NCBI GenBank assembly: GCA_040285825.1
Contig: JAUPSS010000001.1
Coordinates: 2,914,001-2,978,000, forward strand
Direction: 5' to 3'
DNA: 64,000 bases
Source: Eukaryota sp. TZLM1-RC
Lineage: Eukaryota > Protista > Metamonada: BaSk clade
Position numbers and translations under genes: made by a program. The notes below the pieces were generated by a model that saw only the letters and a program-made list of their open reading frames with translations, was not told the DNA's origin and ran no database searches. Below, in pieces: positions 14,617 to 25,900 of this stretch; position 1 is the stretch's first letter, and each line of letters begins with the position of its first letter.

Positions 14617-17600
14617 CAGATTTTTATTTATTGAATTTGCACACTTAATTAAATTAACTCATAACTAATGGGACGACTATTATTGAACCAAGATTTCCTC
14701 TACAAAATCTTGATCTGCTTGCTGGCTAGCCAAAGCTTCTCTTATTCGATTGAAAAACCGTGGTAATCTATTAATAGAGGCAAATTGAATCCGTGAACGC
14801 CATAAAAAAATATCAAATCTTTTCATTGTTTTTTCTTGCACCATTTTTTGGAAGTCATCCAAAAAAGTTTCTGCTTCAACTGATAATCTTCCATTTATCG
14901 AAAATGGGAAAGCAATAAAAACCAGCTGTGTATTTCCATCGACATTTGCCTCTTCAATATCTTTATCATATTTTCTATGTTTCTCTCTTGCTTTGTAATC
15001 CAAAGCAGCCACAGGATTAAGTTTTCTTCTGTGAACCAAAGTATCATTTGCAACATTACACTAGACAAAGTCAACAATAGCTTCAGAATTGTCAATCCAA
15101 TCATAGTATTCATCACCTCTATCATCAGAACCAAAATTATTCAGAGAAAGTTTTTCCTTCAGCAGGGGCTTTTTGATACACGTTATCCTTGCAGTTTGTG
15201 CCATATTGAAAACAGTGTCTCTAACAGCATCATGTAATGAAGAACGATAAGTTATCAATTTAGAGCAATTCATAGCATGGCGCAAAGTGAGTTGAGGTGA
15301 ATTCGAACAAATACATTTTTCTTTTGATAATAATTGATTAATGGGGATGTTCAAATATAATCTCATTTTTAATACAAATGCTTCATTAGTGGCACACAAT
15401 CCAAATCTTCGTGGTACAATGGTTACAAAAAGTGAAGAATCTGACGACTTGTTTTCACAAACACCCTTTTCCAATAACAATGAGTGAAGATCTTGATTGA
15501 AACAGCCGAGCTGCATATATTATTATAAAGATCTTTTTCATACATTCCAGTCAATCGTTTCTGTAATGTTCGAAGAGTGTACTTCAAATTTAAAACATTT
15601 TTTTCTGGAATATTACCATTGAATGATTGGGGAAAACATCGATCCCATTTTTCTACATCAATTTTTGAAATTTCTTCATTTAATGCAAAAACAGTGGAAC
15701 TTTGTGTTGCAATCAATAAATCTTCCCAAACTGCAAATCTTTCTGAAAACTCAAAGATTGCATTTCTGCATCCACCAACAAAAGCACACGAGGTAAGAAT
15801 AGAAGCCTTCGTCCACCCTAAACCACCATAATGTGGACTAAGGTAAGCATGATCTGGAATTTGAAACATTTTACATCCCAGTAATTGAGACAGAACTTTT
15901 GCACGTAACTCATTAAACTTCTGAGCCAAAGGTCTAGTGACGAGACGATTTGTAGATCGAAATATATGATTAAAATTGGAACTAAAACACAGTCTTATAA
16001 TGGTAAATTTGATGTGTTTTTTATATCTAAATTCATCATTTGGTCAATTTTGTCAGAAATTGAGTTCAACTTTTCAAACAATTTTTTGGTAATTTCATCA
16101 TTATTTCCTAAAAACGAACCCAAATGACGAAAAGTATCAATTGAATATAATTTGGCTTGAATTTCAATGCCATCAACTATTGTGGAAACTGGAGAATTCG
16201 ATAACAAAACACATTTAAGTAAATTAAGTCGGAGACCAATTTTGGTAAATAATTCTTTAAAAGATACAGTTGCTTGTTTCACAATATTTAAATCACCAAT
16301 AAGCACAACATCATCCATATATGCAATCATTTTTAGTGAAGGAAACATCTCTTGAATTTGCAGTAAAATAGGATGAATGGCCAAACAAAACAAAAGAGGC
16401 CCTAACGGATCTCCTTGCTTTACACCACTTGATGAACTCAAAATGTTATTACCAAAATGTAAATTAGAATATGTGCAATATGTTGACTTGAAATACGGTA
16501 TTAATTCCGGCATATATTGCAATAGAGCACCATGGATACTGCCACGACTTAGTGAATTAAAAGCATTACTAAAATCCAATGACATACAAACATTGGATTC
16601 ATTTTGGTGAAATAAAACATCAGTAGCAAATATCGCTGAAGAGACTCCATCTGTGGTATTAATACCATATTGAAAGGGTAATAAAATTTGTTTTGCTTTC
16701 TCATTGAACCTGCTTAAGCAACACGCAGAAAAAATATTATGTAAGCTCTCAGAGACTGCAATAGGACGAACATCCATTTTTGAATTTTTGACAAGTGCAG
16801 TCAAACGAGAACTTCTTAATTCTTCTGGGTATTTGAGTTGACCAGACAATATTTTGTTGAAAAATTTGGTTAATAAACCAAGACAATCCTCTGAAGAAAT
16901 AATTGCGGCTTTTACATGATCAATAGTAATACCAGAAACTCCGGCAGACTTACCGCGTGGTCTCTTTTTGATAACCGAAAAAACTTCTGATGGCATCAAT
17001 GGATAATTGTCCCAGTATGTGCCGTAAAAATTTTGATCCATTATAGGGTCTTCATAAGGATGAAGTATTTTTAGTTTATCTATTGTATTTTCATTGTTGG
17101 GTGCTTTGACTCCGGGACTTAAAGCTGACAAAGCCTTGGACCATTTGTTGTCAAAGCATTTGTCTTCAAAAATTTTACTTAATTTCTCGGATGACTGATT
17201 TCTCGGTGCTATATTGGTTAAATCTTCGGAATTGTTTACAAAATTTTGTTCAAAAGGAGGACAAAAAGAACCAAATAATTCCCAAATAATATTGATAGCA
17301 TACTTTCCTTTACATAATTGATCCAAAAATCTTTGAAAAACGAAAGCAAATTCATTACATTTTGACGGATGAATTTCTTGAGGTATTCTTATGGGAGGAT
17401 GGTAGTTATCAATTATGCGGCATTTCAAGCATCGATCAGAAGTTTTTCCTTTTGCATTTTTTCTAAAAGAAATACCACAATTGTTGCAAGTTTTGTGCTT
17501 CAATCTATTGCTAACTGGTTTTGCAACAACTTGTGGAGCATCATTTATGGGTTCTACCTTAGACTCTTTTCTTCTAATAAACTTTCTTTTACATTTTGTT

Positions 17601-17951
17601 TCAGAATTTGCCACATCATTTTTTCCAACATTGGGACATGTTCGAGCATTATGTCCTTGTTGTCGACACTTTGACCATCTGTAGGAGCGTGGCCTTGTTT
17701 TTGAACAAACTTTGTTTTCATCGTGATTTTCTAAAAATTCTTGATCAGAATTTTTTTTGTCCAAAAATGAAGAGAGAAGAGGTTGAGGAGGAGAGGTGGA
17801 AAGGACGTCATGAGCATGTTGTTGTCTATCGTTCTTTCTTTTGACTCCATTAGAATCAGAAACTGATTCAGGCATCAACAAGAAAGAATAGAAGCAATGA
17901 ACGCGGTTCAGCCAGGTTTTAAGTTAAACGGTTATATGTAGAGGAAGGAAG
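14617..17951 (-). mobile_element. Full-length CRE-like non-LTR retrotransposon, family A (about 3.3 kb; single ORF 17875-14680 broken by two frameshifts and one TAG)
   Basis: KCRQQGHNARTC, RT QGDPLGP/YMDD, CICSNSPQLTLRHAMNC, LHDAVRD, RGD, AREKHRKY; tail CAATAAATAAAAA; TSD AAAAATGCATTTTTGT at 14601-14616 and 17952-17967. Confidence 0.93.
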
Positions 17952-18289
17952 AAAAATGCATTTTTGTTCAATTACAGCCTGTGAAGATGACATAATATTT
18001 TTCAGCATGTTGCAAAAACGTGTTTATTGAACTACAACACTTAACAGAGTTAAATCAGAACTAATGGGACTAAATTCAATTAACCAGGAGTTCCTCTATG
18101 AAACCGGATCTACTTGACTCCTCGCCATTGCGTCTTTTATTCGATGAAGGAACCAAGGTAATCTGTCAATTAGAGCGAATTGAATTCGCGACGACAACAG
18201 AAAGACATCAAAGTTCTTCATTGATCTTTCTTGAACAAATTTTTGGAAATCATACAAACAGTTACCTATTTCTGCTGATAGTCTTACGT

Positions 18290-18800
18290 TTATAGAAAAT
18301 GGGAAAGCAATAAAAACAAGTGGTCTATTTCTATCAGTATTAGCACCTTCGATATCTTTATCATATTTTCAATGTTTTCATTCACTTTCTATTCAGGAGA
18401 TTTTAAAGCATTAAGTTTTCTTCTTTGAACCAAAATGTCATCTGTGTTAAAACAAAAGAGAAAACCAACAATATCTTCAAAGTTATCATTTTAATCACTG
18501 TAAATATCACCTCTGTCTACATCAGCAAATTTGTTCAATGACTGTGATTCTCTAGGCAAAGGTTCTTTAATACATTTGATCCTTACATTTCCTTCCATAT
18601 TCAGAACAGTATCCCTGATAGCATCATGTGATGCAGAACGATGAGTTATCAGTTTGGGTGAATTTAACGATCGACGTAAGGACCGCTGTGGTGAGTTAGA
18701 ACAAACTTTTTTTTCTATCAAAAGAAGTTCAATAGGGACATATCGCTATTAGCTAAATTTTGTTACAAGAGCATCATTACACTGAAATAGCCCAAACCTA
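18290..18800 (-). mobile_element. Degraded family A-like RLE fragment
   Basis: SHDAIRD..CIKEPL..DRGDIY. Confidence 0.75.
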
Positions 18801-18883
18801 GAAATAAGAGGATGGAAAAATATGATTGCTGCAAATTGACAAATCCTGTTTCGCAAATTTTCATTGTTTTAAATCGAGAAGCA

Positions 18884-20350
18884 ATGACTCACCCCACCCC
18901 TTCTGCATCATTGTATGTCGGAGATTTACATCACAGTACTACCGAGGAAGAACTCCGTGAAACCTTTAGCACCGTGGGAACCGTAACTGGTGTTCTGGTC
19001 CCCAAGAATACTTACAACTCCAGACCACTTGGCTATGCTTACATTAACTTGGAAACAGCAGAGGATGTTCAAAAAGCTCTAGATCAACTCAATTACACCA
19101 ATTTTCACGGAAAACCATGCCGCCTCATGTTTTCGGACCGCCATCCTGAAAAGAGAAAGAGTGGTGTAGGTATTCTCGTTGTCAAGAACATTCATCCTGA
19201 CATTGATGTTACCCGCCTCCGTGTTGTCTTCTCTCAGTTTGGTGCGATCCTTTCGGCCAAGATTTCCACAGACGAGGAAGGTCACAGCCTTGGTTACGGG
19301 TATGTACAGTTCCAGGACTCATTATGTGCTGACAATGCCCTCAAGGAGTTGAATGGAAAGGAAATCTCCGCTAAGGGTGATGCCGAAGCCAAGAGTGTTA
19401 TCACTGTTCAAAAGTGTATTCCTCTAAACGCTATAAGATTGTTGGGGGTGTAAGAATCACCACAAACACTTTCTACAAAAACCTTCCACCGACACTGACT
19501 GAAGAAGAATTCAAAAAGCTCGTTACTGCTGATGGTAAGCGTGAGCTCAACTCTTATCGCTTAACACTCAAGACAGAATCTGATACTAAATTGCTTTTCT
19601 GATTTTGCCACATTAGAACAGGCTGAAGAAGCTGTGGACGAACTCCAAGGTCACACGATTGGTGACTATGAAGTAAATGCCGAATTCTTCCTACCCAAGA
19701 AGATTCGTGCCAGAATCCGTGAAAAGAATTTTTACAGAACATTATCTGAATTGAAGCAAGCATTCAAGGACAGAAAACTATGGGTAGGTGATCTTCCACA
19801 AGATTACACTGATGAGCAATTCAAGGACCTTTTTGCCAGTTATGGGAATGTCATATCTGCATCCATTATGAGGACCCCTGATGGAGTTTCGCGACAATTT
19901 GGTTTTGTTTGTTTTGAATCCCCGGAAGAAGCTAACAATGCCATCTCTAACTTAAATGGCAAGATCCCTGACCAAGCTCTCCAACCTCTCAGAATCTGCT
20001 TCTTTAAGCCCCAAAAAGAACGTATAGAATTGAAAAAACAAGAAGCCGCAGTTGATGTAGCAGTCTCTGCAACTCAACCTTCAGTGCCTACTGATGACAC
20101 TGGAGCTGAACCGTTGGACGAAAAACAACGTTTTATTGAAATGTTGAGAAATGAAAATGATGAAGCTACCAGACGTGAAGCTCTTGGTGACCGTTTGTGT
20201 CCTCTTGTCGAAGCCAAAAATGCTGAACTAGCATCCAAGATTATTGGTATGATTTTATGTTTGGATTGGGTGGAAATTGAAAAGGATTATTTGGATGATG
20301 ATTATCTCGACCAAACAGTGAAGGAAGTTCTTGAAGCTTTGCACATGTAA
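18884..20350 (+). pseudogene. Poly(A)-binding protein-like gene (4 RRM + MLLE), frameshifted
   Basis: ASLYVGDL, LGYAYIN, KRKSGVG, GYGYVQF, FGFVCF, REALGDRLCPLV..ASKIIGMIL; frame breaks near 19425 and 19590-19600. Confidence 0.8.
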
Positions 20351-20869
20351 GTAGATTCTAATATGTAAATACACGGATTTTTGGTGAAAAATTCATCAAT
20401 AGAATTATAAAATACAGAAATTGCCGCAATACAGTTTTCTTGCCAGGAAAACTTCAAATTTCACATGTAGCAGCAACTTTATAAAATGGGCGACTATAAT
20501 CAGAAAAGTCACAATTCTTTGTTCTTCTCAGGAGACCTTCTTGGTCATCAATTTCCAATAAAGAGAAAAATTTAAATTTAAAAATAAAAATTTTCATTTC
20601 AATCACTATCTGATTGGGAGTACCATATTCACTTTATTATTGTCATCATTATTTTCTTCAGCTTCATCAACATCATTAATGAGAATTGATGGAGATTTAC
20701 CAATTTGGCTTCTTGATTGATTAAGAATAATATTTTTTATACACTTGGTTTTACTGCGTTTAAATACGCTGGAGAAGTTTGGTTTAGTCAAAGAAATCAT
20801 TACAAAGAAATTGTTACTTTTCATTTTTCCACACTTTCGGGAAAGTTTTCTAGAATCAGTACCCCAATG

Positions 20870-21407
20870 GCAGTGAGCAAATGAATTAAATAGTTAAAAT
20901 GCACATGAATTTTGTTGTAAATCACTTCTGCAAAAATTGTCGAAGATTTTTGAAGGCTTGGATTTTCTTGCTTGATTTGTCATGGCTAAGAAAATAAACC
21001 CACTTTTGCAAATATTTTACTAGACATGTGGAATAGTTAGTCTTTCGTTTGGGAAACAACCATGCTTCAAAATGATGGCACCTTTTTTACTGATTCTGTC
21101 TGAACCTTGAGTATAAGACTTCCTTAATTAATTTGACTTGATTGTTTATTCCATAATTTGACCTGGAAATGTTCTCAACAAATTACAATTACTCATTCGT
21201 TAAGTTGTAAAATAATTATTACCTTCAAAGGCAAGGTTCATGATGTTGTAAAAGACCATTTATATTATATGTGCAAGTCCCATAGAATTGATTTTTTTTG
21301 AAATTTATGTTGTCAAATCTGTTTGATGTCAAAGATGCTTCTGATAATTACAATAGAGGCAATGTTATTCCACCTGGAGTACATTGAAACTTCATTTTAG
21401 TGAAAGT
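20870..21407 (+). mobile_element. Degraded family D-like RLE fragment hosting the gypsy insertion; resumes at 28714
   Basis: Removing the gypsy element and one TSD rejoins FILVKVMSVDP, matching FILLDVMSVDP of family D. Confidence 0.75.
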
Positions 21408-21577
21408 TGTTAACAGGCTAAACTCCTCCTTCCAATTTCAAAAAATATGACGTGATGTATCACGTCATCTTTAGTTTAAATTTGTTTTTGTTCAATTTAG
21501 TTTTGATTTTCTACCTCTGTTCATAAACATCCGTTTTATTTTAGTTAATGGAAAACCAACGTGCACTGAAGCCAACA
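21408..21577 (+). repeat. 5' LTR (170 bp)
   Basis: Direct repeat of 28538-28709 with roughly ten differences. Confidence 0.95.
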
Positions 21578-22957
21578 GTAATCACTGTGGACTCAAGAAA
21601 ATCCACTTCTGTCGTCAGGTACCCTCAAGCAGCTCCCTACTTACATCATACTGGTCGAGAAGCCATCTCCCAATATGTGGAAACGCTTAAGGTGTACGTA
21701 TCACGTATGTCAGCTAATCATGTCTCGTCGAACATAACAAGAAGATATCCGTCCGCCACTCACTCTCAGTCCTCCCCCAGTTCGAAAGCGACCGAGCCCT
21801 CCTCCTGCGATTCCAACGGAGAAGCTATCAAGGCTCTCACTCAAGAAGTCGCTGCCCTGAAATCTAAACTTTCTCTCGCCGAGAATTCCGAACTGAGCAC
21901 TGAAGAGCCCTCCGAATCCACCCCTGTCTCCACTGGAACGAAAAGGTCATGCTCGACCTTTAACCCTCGAGATTTTAAACTTCCCTCCGAACTAGCTTAA
22001 CAAGATAGCCAAGACAAATCCTCCGACTCCTCTGATTCTAACAACGTCGCTACTTTTGAAAAGTGCCGCCTTTTTTCTGAAAACAACCTCCACCAAGCCA
22101 TGCTTCCGTATGTATTGTGTACTATTGCCCCTGTCGTGCTAGAAACCTTTGAGATCTTCGAACGAATCGACCCTAACGACCCCGAAGCAGTCCTTTCCCA
22201 CCTGTTATCCTTTTACCGTTTCGAAGACTCTGCTGAAGCTTATCACAAGCTCCAATCTCTGAAACTCAATTTGTCTGCTCCATCCGCCGAAGAAGCTATC
22301 ACCTCCTATATCTCTGTCTTCCTCAAAAAGCTCCGACTTTGTCCCTCCGAATTACCTGAAGCTGCCCGCATGAAGTTCTTTGTGAATGGAATGCGTCCAG
22401 AGAGACTCCGCTTCATTATCCGAACTGACGTAGAAACTGGCTCTATCGCAAGCTTCTCCTCTTTAGTCTCTCGCCTTCGCCAGCTTCTCTCTTCCTATCA
22501 CCTTCCATACTCTGCTTACTACACTCTACATGGCTCAAACCCCCCTCCTCCTAGATCTCAACCCCCTCGCCCTAACTCTCGAACTCCTCAGGCCCACTGC
22601 TCTGGTAACAAGTCCTATTCTGTCCGCTCCACCCCTAAGCCCTCGTCTTCCCATCAAAGTCCTCGTTCTGAAAAAAAATATTTCTCTCCTCAGAAGTCTC
22701 CCTCTCCCATAACATGTTTCTATTGCAAGGAGCCCGGCCATATGGTAAAAGACTGCCCAAAGCCTGGATGCAAAGCTAGCAAGCCTAGAAGATACGGTAA
22801 CAATCCTACCCTCCAAAAAAGACACAACCTTCGCCGCCAAGCCAATTAACTCACCGACGCCAACCCTGGAGAGCCTCAAGTTAACTTTATCATTGATTTA
22901 ATTCAGTCTGCCTTAATCGGAGATACTTCCGCTGAGAGCATCTTCCCCCTGGAGTAA
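21548..22957 (+). pseudogene. gag (capsid-like region + CCHC knuckle) with internal TAA at 21998 and 22847
   Basis: ORFs 21548-22000 and 22100-22849 are in one frame that stays open to TAA 22955-22957; FFVNGMRP, CFYCKEPGHMVKDC. Confidence 0.85.
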
Positions 22958-25900
22958 TGTTTTCATCTTCTTCCAGTTCTGATAACGATTTATATAGTAT
23001 AACTCTTAACCCTTTATACTTGATAAACCTTTATAATTACTCGACATCTCCATCCTCATTCAGAAGCCCCACACCCTCCTCAACATTCTCTGACGCTCAA
23101 GAATTCCAGGAACTCTTTGATAACTTGGATTCAATAGCCCCTCCTGTTCCGGAAGCCAACCACGCTCTTATCTCTTATTCCCCCTCATCCTTTTCTGAAT
23201 CATCCTCTGATCCTATGTCTGATTCAAACAAGTTAGTCTCAAAAGTTTCTTCAAGCTCAACTCATGTGGTACCGCCAGGAAAGGCTCCCTCCCGTAACAT
23301 AGACTCTTTGTCGTTGAAAGCTAGTCCCGACCTCGACACTGAGTCTGGGCTGGTTGACGCCGACTGTGCTTACGCCGACTGTGGATTAACGCATGATGCC
23401 TCTGAATTAATAAAAAAACGCTTCAAGAATAAGACTCAAGAATCTAAGGAATTGTTCAAGCAGGACGACTCCTCCGCTGAGCCCATGATTTCTCTATTCA
23501 AGAAAGAACTTAATAAGCCCGTAGACATGAAGCTACTCCATTTAAAGATCCTAGTCGATGAACAGACCTTCCTATACGGAATGGTAGATACCGGAGCCAC
23601 CATCTCTTGCATCTCCAAGGACCTAATCAAGAAGACCAAGCTCTTCCCCACGAACAACTCTCTCGAAGTAGGACTTGCTGACCGAACTAAAGTTGTCTGC
23701 CCCCTTGTCTCTGGAAAACTCGCCTTCTCTCTCGGTGGTGCCGCTAAGCTCATCGTTATCGACGTAACCCTCGCAGTACTCCCTTGCCAGAATTCATGTA
23801 TCATTGATTGCGACATCCTCGAAAGGCTAGGCATCCTAACCAAAGATTACCTCTCCCTTAACCTATTTGACAAGAGCTATCAGCTAATGGATGACGAATC
23901 CATCCCTGATCAGTTCATTCCACCGTCAGACCAAGTCTCCACCCTCTCTGCTCTCCCCGATCTGGACAAGACCTCATTCCTGCTCAACGACCCCACTCTT
24001 GAAAACTCCATTAAAGACTTATTATTCGAGTACCCCGAAGTTTTCTCAAAGCTTCCCGCTCCCGAAGGCATAGACTGTCCGCCTATGCGCCTCCCCTTTT
24101 ATGACAAAACCAAGATAGTCTCCAAGAAGTTCCGATATCTGCCTCCTGACAAGCTCAGGGTAGCCAACAAAGAAATGGATGTGCTAGTCAATAATGTTTT
24201 TGCCGTCCCCTATAATGGACCATGGAGCTCCCCTATCTGTCTCGTCCAATGCTCTGGAAAATTTTTTCGCCTAACCGGAGATTACTCTGGCGCTGGAGGC
24301 ATCAACGACTTAACTGTCCCTGTCCCCGCCGAACTGCCCAAGATTTCTGATGTCTGTGAGTTCCTCTCTGATAGTAAATATATCACTACCCTGGATTTGC
24401 CGAAAGCCTTCTGGCAGTTGCATCTGCATCCCGACGATCAAGAAAAATTAGCTATAGCCATCCCTGGAAGAAAAATTTAATACACCCGTGCTGCTTTTGG
24501 CCTAAAGAACGTTCCTGCCGTCTTCCAGAACCTCATGAGAAATATATTCGACTCTGAAGGAGTCTTCATCTACGTGGATGATATCATCGTAGCCGCCTCG
24601 ACTAAAGAAGATTTCCTACAAAGAATAAGCCACATCCTGTCCCGTGCTCGCCGGTATCGTGTGAGAATCGGTCTCCACAAGTGTGCCTTCCAGACCGACC
24701 AACATCCTATCAAGGTACTTGGAACCATCTTTGAAGATGAAAAGCGCCGCATCGATCCCTCCAAGATCGAAACGGTACGTAACCTAGCAACTCCGACTTC
24801 CGTCCCCGAACTCCGATCCTTTATTGGCTCGATCAATTTTCTTCGTGACTGGCTCCCCTCCGTATCCAAAGAAATCGCTCCCCTAACCGCACTATTAAAG
24901 AACAAGCCCAAACGCATCAAGTTAGGATCCCAAGAACTCCGATGTTTCAACAACATCAAGTATATAGTGATTAACAGCCTTTTTCTCTCCTTGCCCGATA
25001 CTGATAGCACAATCCTTGTGTCCACTGACGCCTCCGACAAAGCTATCGCTGGTATCATTTGGAAAGAGCTAGAACCTTCTCCCCCAGGAACCTGCCTTTC
25101 AAAACGCAAGGTAATGCCCGTGTCATTCTATTCACGTATTCTGACTTCTTCCCAACAACGCTGGTCCACTTTCCAGAAAGAGCTTTTCGCTATTGTTATG
25201 ACGCTGAACCAGCCCAATTTCTCGTCTTTTCTTCTCACCAAGCATCTAACCATTTTTTGCGATCACATGAATCTTGCCTATTTGTTCTCTTGCCCTGATA
25301 ACAATCGAGTTGTCCTCCGTTGGATCCCCGTCCTTCAGTCCTTCTCCTTCGACTGTGTTCACATTGAAGGAATTAAGAACTACTGGGCCGACTATTTATC
25401 TAGAGCTAACTATGTCGAAATTGTACCCAAGAAGAAGGAAAAAGAAGAGAAGAAGACCAGAAGGGTTGTCTTTGACAACCCTGTGCCTGCTCTGTGCTGC
25501 ATGACGACTCATCGCGGATCGGCTAAATATCCTCTATGGAATTACTTGAACCTCGACGATCTGGCGCACCCCTCCCCCCATCGGTACGACATTGACTTTG
25601 ATACTGCTCAAAGAACTCATCATCCCTCCTCCCTCCGTCCTAAGCTTTCCGTGACAGCTCACCTCAACTCCCACAAACACTTCATCCGATATAACTTGAA
25701 CCCTGAACCTCATGAACTGCTTTCTCCCTCTTCCGCCCGCTTCTTTGTCCTCTCAACTGATCTACCACTCCTGTTCGTCAACACTACTGCTCCAAGAGAC
25801 TTTGGCAAAGCTGCTTTCGACCCTCGACCCGTTCCCACTCCTGCTGAACCCCTTGGCCTATATGCTAGAAACATGAAGGTTAACGATTTGGTCCAACAGG

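Noticed and set aside
22800-22960. -1 ribosomal frameshift at the A-run near 22815
   Set aside because: The pol frame is blocked by TGA at 22933.
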